DNA of 64,000 nucleotides from Chloropicon primus (GCA_023205875.1 CP060754.1:868001-932000); one strand, 5' to 3'. Shown: positions 23,418 to 33,738, numbered from the stretch's first letter. Program-made: numbers and translations. The notes: generated by a model not told the origin, from the sequence alone.

Positions 23418-25082
23418 ATGCAAGCACCTGTGATGGTTCTGCAGCAGAACACCCAGCGTGAGCAGGGGAGGAAGGCTCAGCTCGGGAACGTGACCGCGGC
23501 GAAGGCTATCGCCGATATCGTGAGGACGACTTTGGGCCCGAGGTCTATGCTGAAGATGCTTCTGGACGCGAACGGAAGCATCGTGCTCACGAACGACGGA
23601 AACGCCATCTTGCGCGAGATCGACGTGACCCACCCCGCCGCGAAGAGCATGATCGAGCTGAGCAGGACCCAGGACGAGGAGGTCGGGGACGGAACGACTT
23701 CTGTCATTATCCTCGCCGGAGAGCTCCTTTACGCTGCCATCCCTTTCTTGGAGAAGCAGTACCACCCCACCGTGATCGTGAGGGGCTATATGAAGGCCCT
23801 CGAGGACGCCGTCAAGGCCGTGGACGACCTTTGCTTCCCTATCGAGATCAAGAACAGGGAACAGATGCTCAGGCTGGTCCAGAGCTGCATCGGCACCAAG
23901 TTCACCCACAGGTTCGGAACCCTCATCTCAGAGCTCGCTTTGGACGCGGTGCTGTGCGTCGCGAACGACCTCGGCGACGGCAAGATGGAGGTGGACATCA
24001 AGAAGTACGCCAAAATCGAGAAGCTCCCTGGCGGATCCCTGGAAGACTGCGAGGTCCTCAAGGGTGTGATGTTCAGCAAGGACGTCGTTCTGCCAGGTCG
24101 CATGAAGAGGAAGATCGAGAACCCAAGGATCCTGCTCATGGACTGCCCCTTGGAGTACAAGAAGGGAGAGAACCAGACGAACGTCGAGATCACCAAGGAG
24201 GAAGACTGGGCTGCCCTCCTGAAGGCCGAGGAGGAGTGGATTGATCAGATGTGCCAGATGATCATCAAGTTCAAGCCGGACTTGGTCGTGACCGAAAAGG
24301 GTCTCAGTGATCTCGCTGCTGTCTACTTTGCCAGAGCCGGCGTGACCGCCATTCGCCGCTTGAGGAAGACGGACAACAACCGTATCGCCAGAGCCTCTGG
24401 GGCGACTATCGTCCACAGAGCGTCCGAGATCAAGGAGAGTGACATCGGTACCGGAGCTGGTCTCTTCGAGGTGAAGAAGGTCGGGGATGAGTACTTCACC
24501 TTCATCGTGGACTGCAAGGAGCCAAAGGCATGCTCGGTCGTCCTCCGTGGCGCAAGCAAGGACGTTCTCAACGAGGTCGAGAGAAACCTTCACGACGCCA
24601 TGGGAGTGGCCAGAAACGTAGTTCAGGACCCTAGACTCGTGCCAGGAGGTGGAGCTGTTGAGATGGCCGTCGCCAAGGCGCTCAGCGACAAGGCGAGCGC
24701 TATCGAGGGCACGGAGTCCCTTCCATACCTTGCCGTGGGCGAAGCCCTGGAAGTCATTCCAAGGACGCTCGCTCAGAACTGCGGCGCGAACATCATTAGA
24801 ACCCTGACCAAGTTGCGTGCGCAGCACGCCGATGGAAACGACACCTTTGGCATCGACGGAAACCTTGGAACTGTTGTGGACATGAAGGTCTTGGGAGTGT
24901 GGGAGCCTTACGCGGTCAAGGTTCAAACGTTCAAGACTGCTCTCGAGTCTGCCACCCTGCTTCTTAGAATTGACGACATTGTGAGCGGAATTCAGAAGAA
25001 GGCGGGAGGGCCAAGTGCCCCAAGAGGACCCCAGATCGAGGACGGAGAGAACGTGGATTCCGAGAGGGCACTTGCGGAGTAA
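23418..25082 (+). CDS. CCT3: T-complex protein 1 subunit gamma (cytosolic group II chaperonin)
   Basis: RTTLGPRSMLKMLLD, TNDGNAILREID, QDEEVGDGTTSV, LEYKKGENQT and RRLRKTDNNRIARA. Confidence 0.96.
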   Translation: MQAPVMVLQQNTQREQGRKAQLGNVTAAKAIADIVRTTLGPRSMLKMLLDANGSIVLTNDGNAILREIDVTHPAAKSMIELSRTQDEEVGDGTTSVIILAGELLYAAIPFLEKQYHPTVIVRGYMKALEDAVKAVDDLCFPIEIKNREQMLRLVQSCIGTKFTHRFGTLISELALDAVLCVANDLGDGKMEVDIKKYAKIEKLPGGSLEDCEVLKGVMFSKDVVLPGRMKRKIENPRILLMDCPLEYKKGENQTNVEITKEEDWAALLKAEEEWIDQMCQMIIKFKPDLVVTEKGLSDLAAVYFARAGVTAIRRLRKTDNNRIARASGATIVHRASEIKESDIGTGAGLFEVKKVGDEYFTFIVDCKEPKACSVVLRGASKDVLNEVERNLHDAMGVARNVVQDPRLVPGGGAVEMAVAKALSDKASAIEGTESLPYLAVGEALEVIPRTLAQNCGANIIRTLTKLRAQHADGNDTFGIDGNLGTVVDMKVLGVWEPYAVKVQTFKTALESATLLLRIDDIVSGIQKKAGGPSAPRGPQIEDGENVDSERALAE

Positions 25083-25187
25083 GACTTTGTGTTTGTACTT
25101 TTATTTTGGGGCGAAGATCCAGATTAATTTCTAAATTCCATTTGGAATCAATGAATAACTTTATGAAAAGCTCCCCTCCCAACGAGC

Positions 25188-26498
25188 TTAGGCTTCTTTG
25201 GGCGGTGCCTCTCGTGTTTCCTCTGGCGACTTTTTCCCATTCCCAGAAAACTCAGCGTGGATTGCTTCCCACTTTGAAAATTGATACAATTCGTCTTTCA
25301 AGCCCCTGAGCCACGTCGAGACGTCGTCGTTGAACTCCTCGCTCTCCACAATGTTGCGATCGATCGTGGTCCTCTTGAAATCATTGATCGTGTCCACAAA
25401 TCGGTCTCTGGAGAGATCACCGTGAAGGTGCCCGTGCTTCTTGTTGTAAGAGTTGAACACGCACTCCTCCAAGTACAGTGGAAACTCCGGCGCGACAGGA
25501 ACATTGAACTTCTTCCTTGATGCCAGAGCAAGACCCAAGACGCTCTCAGGGGCGATGTTCCTGCTGATGGCCAAGGCAAGCCCGATCATCTTTCTGATCT
25601 GATGGTAAAGGAAGCTCTGTCCAAGGACTTCGCACTTGACGTAGGTCTCTCCGTTCAGTTCGAACGTCTCCGTCTTCCAGTTGAGGATGTATCTCTGTGC
25701 TTGAGGCTCGTTCCAAGCCTTTCCCTTGGTGAAGCTGTGGAAATTGTGAGTTCCCTCGTACTCCTTGAGGATCCTGTTGAAGCGCTCGAGGATCTCCTCC
25801 TCCCTTGCCCGTCCCGTCTCCTCCCCTGTGGTGGCCCCTCCAGGGCCAGAGCCCTCGGACGTCTTCTGACGCTTGTTCCCCCTCACGGGGTGAGAAGGGT
25901 CGAGTGCCCACAGGGGCAAAACGTAACCGTACCTTCTCCTGTCGCACATCTTCCTCGCGCAGAAACCGTTGGTCACCCTGAAGTACCCGAAGACTCTGAC
26001 GTCATCCGGCAGCTTCTCATTGATGCGCTCCACGATGCCTTCAGGCTCGAGAACCATCTTGAGCGACACCACGTTGCACGCAGCGCTAACCCCCTTGTCA
26101 GTCCTAGCAGCGCGCATCCACGAGATCTTCTGCAGCTCACCAAAGTTATTGTCCGAGATCCCACCCGCCTCATGTATAGCCTTCTCCAGGACGTCCTCGA
26201 TCGTGTGAGCACCAGGATTCCGCTGCATGCCCTGGTAGGCCGCACCGTAGTACCCGATGTACAGAGCAACCTTCCGCTTCTTCATCTTGTTGATCTTTTG
26301 CCCTGCGGCATTCGTCTCGTACTCCCTCCCCGTCTCCGTGTTCAAAGTCTGCCCCATCTCGTTCGTCACATGAGAACGAGCACTCCCCTCCTTTGCTTCC
26401 ACGGCCTCGTTCTTCACCTCAGCTGCTTCCTCCTCCTTTGCTTCCATGGCCTCGTTCTTCACCGCCTCGTTCACCTCGCCATCACCAGTCGCCGCCAT
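25188..26498 (-). CDS. PUS1: tRNA pseudouridine synthase 1 (TruA family)
   Basis: KRKVALYIGYYG..YQGMQ, catalytic ARTDKGVSA, YEGTHNFHSFT and GQSFLYHQIRKMIG. An in-frame upstream ATG lies at 26624. Confidence 0.92.
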   Translation of the reverse strand: MAATGDGEVNEAVKNEAMEAKEEEAAEVKNEAVEAKEGSARSHVTNEMGQTLNTETGREYETNAAGQKINKMKKRKVALYIGYYGAAYQGMQRNPGAHTIEDVLEKAIHEAGGISDNNFGELQKISWMRAARTDKGVSAACNVVSLKMVLEPEGIVERINEKLPDDVRVFGYFRVTNGFCARKMCDRRRYGYVLPLWALDPSHPVRGNKRQKTSEGSGPGGATTGEETGRAREEEILERFNRILKEYEGTHNFHSFTKGKAWNEPQAQRYILNWKTETFELNGETYVKCEVLGQSFLYHQIRKMIGLALAISRNIAPESVLGLALASRKKFNVPVAPEFPLYLEECVFNSYNKKHGHLHGDLSRDRFVDTINDFKRTTIDRNIVESEEFNDDVSTWLRGLKDELYQFSKWEAIHAEFSGNGKKSPEETREAPPKEA

Positions 26499-26707
26499 CT
26501 TGGCTCTTTTTCTCCCTCGCGCGAGCCCGAGAGGTCTGCAGAGTTCGGAGGGGGAGGAGAGTGGTCGGAGGGGGAACAAGGCGAGGGAAGGGGTGCGCCG
26601 TCGCGAGTTGTGCGGCAATTCCATCGGCAGCCTTTGCTTTGATCGGTCGAAGGTTTTGACCCACGGAATCGTCGAAGAACGAAGCGGAGAGGCGTTGGAG
26701 GACTCCG

Positions 26708-28660
26708 ATGGGGAAGGAAGGGGGAGCCAAGGGGGCCGGGGGGGGTGACGGTGGGAAGAAAGATCACCAGGGGACGAGGCTGTTCTCGGACTTCGAGGAA
26801 ATCAGCACAGAAACTGCGGAAGTCTTGGCCAAGGACGGTTTCACAAGGGCATCGCCAGTCCAGGAGGCGACGATCCCTCTTTTGCTCAGTCACAAGGACG
26901 TCACCGTGGAAGCGTGCACGGGGAGTGGCAAGACCTTCGCGTTCATCGTGCCCGTGGTGGAGATACTGAGGAAGCTGCACCGGGGGCGCCACCAGCAGCA
27001 CAAGGAGGGAGGGGGTGAGAAAGCGAGGAGGAGGGGCAACAAGATCATTGCCCTGGTCGTTTCCCCCACTCGGGAGCTCGCGGGTCAGATTTACAAGGTA
27101 GCCAAGCCCCTGGTGGAAAGCGTGGGCCAGGGCGCGGGTGCCGAGCTCGTGGTGGGGGGATCCAGCAACGCGGAGGAGGACGCCGCAAGGATAGAGGCCA
27201 GCGGGGCCGAGGTTCTCATAGGAACTCCCGGGCGGTTGTACGACCTTATCTGCATCTGCGGGAAGGTGGACATGAAGCAGCTGGAGATCTTGGTCTTGGA
27301 CGAGGCGGACAGAATTTTGGACGAGGGCTTCAAGCAGCAGATCAGTAGCATACTGGGGAGTCTGCCGAAGCAGAGGCGCACGGGCCTGTTCTCTGCGACG
27401 CAGACCGAGGAAGTGAAGCAACTGGCGAGGGCGGGGCTCAGAAACCCCTTTAGGGTTGTGGTCAGGCAGCAATTTCGGGCCGCGGGAAGGGGCCAGGGAA
27501 AGCCTTCCACGAGCTCCAGCGCCAAGGACAAGATTCCCTGCGCCGAGGTGAGAGTCCCGTCGCAGCTGAGTTTGCAGTACGCGGTCTGCAGCCCCAAGGA
27601 GAAGCTGGCGATGCTCGTCAAGTACATCAGGGATTTCAAGGGGGAAAAGGGAATCGTCTATCTTCTCACGTGCGCCTGCGTTGAGTTCTGCGCCAAGGCG
27701 CTCAAGGGTTGTGGCCTGCTGGGGGGGCACAACATCTGGCCCCTGCACGGGAGAATGAAACAGGGCGCCAGGAACGCGGCGTTGAAGTCGTTCACGGAGT
27801 CCAAGAGCGGCGTGCTTCTGTGCACCGACGTGGCTGCCAGGGGCCTGGACATCCCTTCCGTGCAGTGGATCGTTCAGCTGGACCCTCCGCAGGATCCCTC
27901 CTTCTTCATTCACAGGGTTGGGAGGACGGCAAGGATGGGCCAGAGCGGCCGGGCGATTCTCTTCCTGCACAGCAACGAGGAAACTTATGTGCCCTTTTTG
28001 CAGAAGAGGAAGGTTCCCATCAGCGAAAAGGTGAATCTGAAGTGCTGCGAGGAGGACTTGTCGGGGATCATAAGGAAGATGAACGAGCGGGACAGGGACA
28101 TGCTCGACAAATCCATCCGGGCGTTCGTGACGTACATCCGGGCGTACACGGAGCACCAGTGCCAGTACATATTCCGGCTCAAGGAGCTCGACGTGGGCCA
28201 CCTCGGTAACTTCTTCGCCCTGCTGAGGCTCCCAAAGATGAAGGAGATCAAGAAGATTCCCGGCGCCCTGCTGGAGAATTTCCAGCCCTCCCAGGTGGAC
28301 CCCGCTGGCGTGCCTTACCTGGACAAGTCGAGGGAAAAGCAGCGCCAGGAGAAGCTCGAGAGGGAAGCGGAGGCTCAGGCCAAGGCGAAGATCGAGAGGG
28401 AAGAGGAGAAGAAGCGAAGGCAGAAGATTCACCAGAATGAGAAGAGGCTGCCGTCAGCCAAGAGGCACAAGATTGACGCCCTGCAGGACGATCTCGAGCT
28501 CGAGGAGGACTGGAAGCTCTTCAAAAAGCTCAAGAAGGGGAAGATCACTGAAGAGGAGTACGATGTTCAGGTCAAGGAGAGCCGCGAAGACATCCAGAAG
28601 CAGATGGACAAGAAGAGGAAGAAGAAACGGAAGAACAAGCGCGGTAGCAGGGAGGCTTGA
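26708..28660 (+). CDS. DDX55: DEAD-box RNA helicase DDX55/SPB4/RH18
   Basis: ACTGSGKT, PTRELA, TPGRL, DEAD, RRTGLFSATQT, TDVAARGLD, HRVGRTAR and a DUF4217-type segment RAFVTYIRAYTEH. Confidence 0.92.
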   Translation: MGKEGGAKGAGGGDGGKKDHQGTRLFSDFEEISTETAEVLAKDGFTRASPVQEATIPLLLSHKDVTVEACTGSGKTFAFIVPVVEILRKLHRGRHQQHKEGGGEKARRRGNKIIALVVSPTRELAGQIYKVAKPLVESVGQGAGAELVVGGSSNAEEDAARIEASGAEVLIGTPGRLYDLICICGKVDMKQLEILVLDEADRILDEGFKQQISSILGSLPKQRRTGLFSATQTEEVKQLARAGLRNPFRVVVRQQFRAAGRGQGKPSTSSSAKDKIPCAEVRVPSQLSLQYAVCSPKEKLAMLVKYIRDFKGEKGIVYLLTCACVEFCAKALKGCGLLGGHNIWPLHGRMKQGARNAALKSFTESKSGVLLCTDVAARGLDIPSVQWIVQLDPPQDPSFFIHRVGRTARMGQSGRAILFLHSNEETYVPFLQKRKVPISEKVNLKCCEEDLSGIIRKMNERDRDMLDKSIRAFVTYIRAYTEHQCQYIFRLKELDVGHLGNFFALLRLPKMKEIKKIPGALLENFQPSQVDPAGVPYLDKSREKQRQEKLEREAEAQAKAKIEREEEKKRRQKIHQNEKRLPSAKRHKIDALQDDLELEEDWKLFKKLKKGKITEEEYDVQVKESREDIQKQMDKKRKKKRKNKRGSREA

Positions 28661-28833
28661 AACCCCTTTGGCGCGTTCATCAAACTCCATTTAGAGATTA
28701 TATTAGCTTTTCTCTCCCTCTCTCCTCTCTTGACATTGACATACCCCTAACGCCCTAACCCCCTAACGCCCATTCAAAAAAAAAAAAAACGCTCGCGGTC
28801 GAGGGAAGGAGGAAGTGGAGGAGCGCGCGCGCG

Positions 28834-30026
28834 ATGGCGGAGAAGGATTGGTTGCCGTACTATCAGCCCGTGGAGAACCCGAAGGTTCGCCTGTTCGCGT
28901 TCCACTGGGCGGGCGGGTCCGCCTCGTCGTACAACGGCGCGGCGTGGAGGGAGTTGCCGGAAGGGGTGGAGGTCCTGGCCGTGCAGCTTCCGGGTCGAGA
29001 GAAGAGGGGGGGAGAGAGGACGCCGAGCACGGCTCAGGAGGCCGCTCGGCTGACCGTGAAGGCGTTGTCGAGGTTCTTCGTCAAGGGGGGCGTCCCTACC
29101 GCGATCTTCGCGCACTCGATGGTGGGTTCTTCCCTCGAATCTAACTTGTTGTTTCCTCTCGGCAGCTAAGACTGACCACGGGCCCCTTATTCGCCTCCTT
29201 CCGCTCCGCAGGGAACGTGGGTCGCGTTCGAGTTCGTTCGCGAGTTGCGCAAGCAGAACCTCCAGCTCCCCGAGTTGATGATCGTCTCGAACCTCGCCGC
29301 CCCCCAGACCGAGGAGTCGTCCCGGCCATGGAGGAGGAACGCGAGCCTGACGGAAGACCAGTTCAAGGAAGAGTGCAGGGCTTGGGGTGTGAACGAGATC
29401 GTGATGAAGGACAACTTTTGGAAGAACTACCACCTTCCGTTCAGGCGCGATTTCACCATTTTCGACGAGTACAAGTACAAGGAGGAGGATCCCCTCGACA
29501 CGGCCGTTGTGTGCTTCCTGAGCGCGAAGGACCCGAGAATCACGAGGGAGTTGATGGCCCCGTGGTCCACCCAGTCGAAGAACAAGAGAGCGTTTGAGCT
29601 GGTGGACTTCCCCGGCGACCACTTTTACGTCCAGGACAGGAAAATCGTGCAAGACATTGTGAGAAAAGTGGGGGAGTACATGGCCAAGGTCCGGGACGGA
29701 GGCTACCCTCCAGAGCTCGAGCCGGAGCACGGGGGACAGGAGTTCTTGAACGAGGACGTTGTGAGGAAGATCAACTTGCTCGAAATTCTCGAGGAGGACT
29801 ACCCGGATGTCGACCCGCCCCCGGAAGACTGCGTAGGTAAGGAATGACACGAACTAACTTACACTACACCTTTATCTCTCGCGCTCTACGCCCGCTCGCC
29901 AACCGCAACAAAAAATGTGAAGAAAAATGCGCTGACCGACCGCGTCGTTCCTGCTGCCTCGCCACCTTCGGCCCCTCAGAGAAATGGACCGAGGACCAGA
30001 TCAGGGCCCACTTCTCGAGCGCTTGA
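28834..30026 (+). CDS. Type II thioesterase (GrsT/RifR-like alpha/beta hydrolase); exons 28834-29121, 29212-29836, 29980-30026
   Basis: RLFAFHWAGGSASSY, VQLPGRE, nucleophile elbow AHSM|G formed across intron 1, and FPGDHFY. A second intron (gtaagg...cag) gives the ending DCVEKWTEDQIRAHFSSA. Confidence 0.85.
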
Positions 30027-30106
30027 GGCGGCCGAGACTCTAACAGAAACTTTCGCAATCCATTCATTCATCGTCCCGCCCTGTCTCTGGGTCACCGCTC
30101 GCATCA

Positions 30107-30967
30107 TTACTCTGCCTCCTGCAGGGCGCCCACCAGCTCCCCCTTCTCGCTCATCTCGGTGATGATGTCCGCCCCGCCAATGAACTCGCCGTTCACGTAC
30201 ACCTGCGGGATCGTCGGCCAGTCCGAGTAGACCTTGATGGCCTCCCTCAGGCCCGGGTTGTAGAATTCGTCCAGTACGTTCACGGTCTCGTAGTCCACGT
30301 GGGTCTGGTTGAGGAGGGTGACCACCTGGTAGGAGAATCCGCACTCCGGCTGGGTCCGCGTGCCTTTGATGAAGGCCACGACCCTCTTGGTCTTGACCAG
30401 GCTGTCGATGAGCTTGTCCATGGGAACGAGGAGGTCGTCGGCGCCCTTTCCTGGCGTCAGCTTTATCTCCTCCTTGGCGCGCACCTTGGGCCTGTTCAGG
30501 ACCCACTGCCCCTCCCCTTTCATGTTCCCAACCGGAATGTTTCCCGTCTCCTCCGCGTAGCTCTCGATCCAGCTCTTCCACATCTGCTGCAGACTGTCCT
30601 TGCTGGCTCCAGGCATCTCAAGCACTTGGACAGAGTGCATTTTCTCCAGCTCCGTCTCCGCATGCCGCTCGATCGAATTCGATATCCTCCTGCTGAGGCC
30701 AATGTACTGCAGCTCCTCCCTCTCGTCGAACACCGCGTACACCCCAGGCGTGCTCGGGACCCAGTTGTCCAGCCCCTCAGCCTTCTTCAGGGGCTTGCTG
30801 CTGGCGTACTCTAGCTTGGGTATTCCACCTCCTTCCCCGCCCCCCCCGCCCGTTGCCCCATGTCGCCGAAGCCCAACCAGTCTCTCCCCCCTCCTGACCC
30901 ACGCCCCCACCCAATTAGGTACCCTCCCCCCCCCTCGACACACCGACACACCGACACCCCCTCTCAT
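30107..30967 (-). CDS. GRXS16: Chloroplast monothiol glutaredoxin S16 (GIY-YIG + CGFS Grx)
   Basis: PGVYAVFD..LQYIGLSR, then FIKGTRTQPECGFS, YSDWPTIPQ and GEFIGGADI. Confidence 0.92.
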   Translation of the reverse strand: MRGGVGVSVCRGGGRVPNWVGAWVRRGERLVGLRRHGATGGGGGEGGGIPKLEYASSKPLKKAEGLDNWVPSTPGVYAVFDEREELQYIGLSRRISNSIERHAETELEKMHSVQVLEMPGASKDSLQQMWKSWIESYAEETGNIPVGNMKGEGQWVLNRPKVRAKEEIKLTPGKGADDLLVPMDKLIDSLVKTKRVVAFIKGTRTQPECGFSYQVVTLLNQTHVDYETVNVLDEFYNPGLREAIKVYSDWPTIPQVYVNGEFIGGADIITEMSEKGELVGALQEAE

Positions 30968-31083
30968 CCTTATCCGTTCTCTGATCCTTTGCTTCGCTTC
31001 CCGCCTTCGCCCTTCGCTTTGGAAGGACCCCAAGGACGGAGCGGAGGAGTGAGTAGGGGAGCGTCCCTCTCCTTTTGCTAATA

Positions 31084-31458
31084 ATGCCGACGGTGTACCA
31101 GAGGTCGGGTAGGGAGGAGAACGAGCGGCTGAGGGACCAGCTGGAGCAAGTCAAGCAGAGTTGCCTTCTGCTGAACCACAAGGTAGAAGGGAACGAAAGC
31201 GTCCTGTCCAAGCAGAGAGAAATTATCGTGCAGCTGAAGCAACAGCTGAAGAGTCAGGAGGTGAGGCACGCCAAGGAGTTGAGGGAATTGAGTGACGCGC
31301 ACTCCCAGGTGCTGAAGAACTTTGTGCAGAAGCACTGCATCCAGGTCTCGGGGCTGGAGAAGAAGGTGAGGTCGCTGCAGAAGATTATGCACACGTCCTT
31401 CCAGCGGCCGGAGGGCGAGGAGAGCGACGAAGTGCCAGACAAGGAGAACGCGCCGTGA
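31084..31458 (+). CDS. Small coiled-coil protein (124 aa) ending in a KEN-box-like DKENAP
   Basis: ATG at 31084, host-like codon usage, heptad pattern; no family recognised. Confidence 0.6.
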   Translation: MPTVYQRSGREENERLRDQLEQVKQSCLLLNHKVEGNESVLSKQREIIVQLKQQLKSQEVRHAKELRELSDAHSQVLKNFVQKHCIQVSGLEKKVRSLQKIMHTSFQRPEGEESDEVPDKENAP

Positions 31459-31461
31459 GGG

Positions 31462-32799
31462 ATGAAGCCTGCCAGGGGCCTCGGGTCGCGAGCACGACCG
31501 AGTTCGGCGAGAGCAGCGGCGCAGGATGCCCCCGCCAGGGCCGAGGTCCTCCCAAGGTCCTCCCGAAGGATGTTGACGCCTCGGAGGCCTCCACCTCTTG
31601 GTGGTGCCAAGCCACGACGCCCCAGCAGTCGCCTCGTGGCGGCGGGGGGCCTGACTTCTGGCTGGACGTGCTGGACAGCCCTCAGCGCCTCAGTCTTCTT
31701 CAGCCAGGTCGTGGACAATTACAAGCTTGGCAAGCTCCTTTCGCCGCCCGCCGTCACCATGCTGATTTCCATGGTGTTCGGGGCGCTGGGGGTCCTTCCG
31801 AACGGGGGGCAAGAGTTCGAGTTCATTTGGACCTGGATCATGCCCCTGGCGACGTGCCTGTACCTGCTGCCCCTGGACCTTCGCCAGCTCAGGAACTTTC
31901 CCCAAATATTCCTCGCGTTTGTGATTGGCGCGTTCGGGACAGTTGTTGGCACCGTGGCAGGTTATTTCGTCATGAGGGGAGGGGTGAGTTGGAAGGCCGC
32001 CTCGAGCATGTGCGCCTCCTGCGTCGGCGGGAGCCTGAACTTTGCTGCCGTGAGTCGAGCGCTGGGTCTGTCCCAAGTCGACTCGAGTGCGGCTTTGGCC
32101 TCCGACAGCTTTGGCATGATGCTCTACTTGATGGTCCTGATGGCGATACCAGTCAAAGCTGCTGCTGCCGCGGAAGGAGCGCGGGGCCTCGCAAGCTCCT
32201 CGGTGAAAGGGGCAAAGCCCGAGGTAACTTCGAAGAGCCTGCTCTTCTCTTTGACGGCCGCCTCTCTGTCCTGCTTCCTGGGGGACTCCATCGCGAATTG
32301 GCTGTGCATGCCCGCTTGGTCCTTGGCTTTCATCTCGCTGGTCGCCCCTCTCGTGGGCTTGGGCACAGCCTCGGTCCTGTCTCTCCTGCCGAAGCAATCG
32401 GAGGCGAAACCGAATCCGACAGTGACGCAAGACGAAGTTTTTGCGGGCTCGTTCAGGCTGGGAAGCGTGCTGATGCTGTTTTTCTTCGCCACTATCGGCG
32501 CCAAGGCCAATTTTGCGGACATGCTCCACGCGAGCCCCGGCATTTTTTGCCTTCTGGCGGTTATCATAGCCATCCATTTGGGTCTCTCTATGCTACTTGG
32601 GCGTCTCCTCCGCGTGCCTCTCCGGGTCATCCTCATCGCCTCGAATGCTAACGTGGGAGGTCCGGCGACGGCCTGCGCAATGGCAGCAACGAAAGGCTGG
32701 CACGACCTGCTGCAACCGGCGTTGCTGGTCGGCAGTTTTGGGTACGCAGTGGGGTCCGTGATAGGACTTGCGGTCTCTCAAGTTTTGAAATTGATGTAA
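31462..32799 (+). CDS. DUF819 family multi-pass membrane protein, probably plastid
   Basis: Arg/Ser/Pro-rich N-terminus, FVIGAFGTVVG, SCVGGSLNFAAV, FFATIGA and IASNANVGGPATACAMA. Confidence 0.85.
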   Translation: MKPARGLGSRARPSSARAAAQDAPARAEVLPRSSRRMLTPRRPPPLGGAKPRRPSSRLVAAGGLTSGWTCWTALSASVFFSQVVDNYKLGKLLSPPAVTMLISMVFGALGVLPNGGQEFEFIWTWIMPLATCLYLLPLDLRQLRNFPQIFLAFVIGAFGTVVGTVAGYFVMRGGVSWKAASSMCASCVGGSLNFAAVSRALGLSQVDSSAALASDSFGMMLYLMVLMAIPVKAAAAAEGARGLASSSVKGAKPEVTSKSLLFSLTAASLSCFLGDSIANWLCMPAWSLAFISLVAPLVGLGTASVLSLLPKQSEAKPNPTVTQDEVFAGSFRLGSVLMLFFFATIGAKANFADMLHASPGIFCLLAVIIAIHLGLSMLLGRLLRVPLRVILIASNANVGGPATACAMAATKGWHDLLQPALLVGSFGYAVGSVIGLAVSQVLKLM

Positions 32800-33013
32800 T
32801 TCTATTGATCTCTACTGCTCAGGAGAAAGGTTGATCCTCCTCCTGGCTCCCGCCCAATTTCCTCTTGAAGCGACAGCTAAAAGAACTGGGCAGCAGGAGA
32901 AGGAGAAGGCTCCGCGCGAGAGACGACGAGGGGGGTTCGCGCGGGGGCAGGATGAGGTGAAGGGCCGTGGAAGCGGCACGGCTGCGCGCAACGCCACCTC
33001 TTGTTCAGAAAAC

Positions 33014-33738
33014 ATGTCGGACGAAGAGATGATTGAGACGACTGAGGAGGACCCGATCGCACACCAGGGTGGGCCGGCGACGGGAGGCAACAGCACGCTT
33101 AACCTTCTTCAGTCTCTCGTTCCGGTCGGTCGAGACGCGCCGAAAGCGGCTCCCTGCTTGTCGCAAGCAAGCGACTCGATCGAGGAGCCTAGCCAGACGC
33201 AGGGCGCGAGGGGGGAAGCGGAACCTGAGGTGCCGGGCGAGCAGACGGGCGGAGCTCAGGTCCTCCTGCGGTCGGCGGAGGACGACATCTTGAGCGCCCT
33301 TCAGGTCTCGGGGCGGACGAAGACCTACAGCAGCAAGGGTGGCGGGTAAGTGACTTGGCTTGGTGGTCTCCTTCGCAGCAGCAGGACCCTCGATGATCTC
33401 ACGCACCGGAGTTGCCTTTTTTTTTTTTCAGCCGGGGCGCCCTGGTGAACAGGGTCCTGGAGCTGCGGGAAGAGCAAAGGAGGGTGGCGGCCAACTGGGA
33501 CGAGGGGGAGAAGGGGGACGGGTTTGCCGCTCTCGTCGAGTCCTCGTCCTACGAGTGCGGCTTCAGAAAGTGCTGGTGCAGGCTGGAGGGCGGAGGTTTT
33601 GCGTGGGTAATCCTTCGCGGCTCAGCCTGCTGCGACGTGAACACCTCGCAAGGCGCGAAGCTTCGGGTCGCGCCTCCTTACCAGCGTCGCAGGGTTGGCG
33701 ACGCGGACGTCCTCCTCGTGACTCGTGCCAGGAACTAG
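33014..33738 (+). CDS. SPIDR N-terminal (DUF4502-like) OB-domain protein; exons 33014-33345 and 33432-33738
   Basis: A phase-2 intron (gtaagt...ttttcag) joins a disordered N-terminus to GALVNRVLELREEQRRVAANW...YECGFRKCWC...LRVAPPYQ...VLL, which parallels recalled SPIDR motifs. Confidence 0.6.

Noticed and set aside
32800..32910. Possible SECIS after the DUF819 gene
   Set aside because: A TGA..AAAA spacing exists, but no convincing helix II or GA quartet could be drawn by eye.
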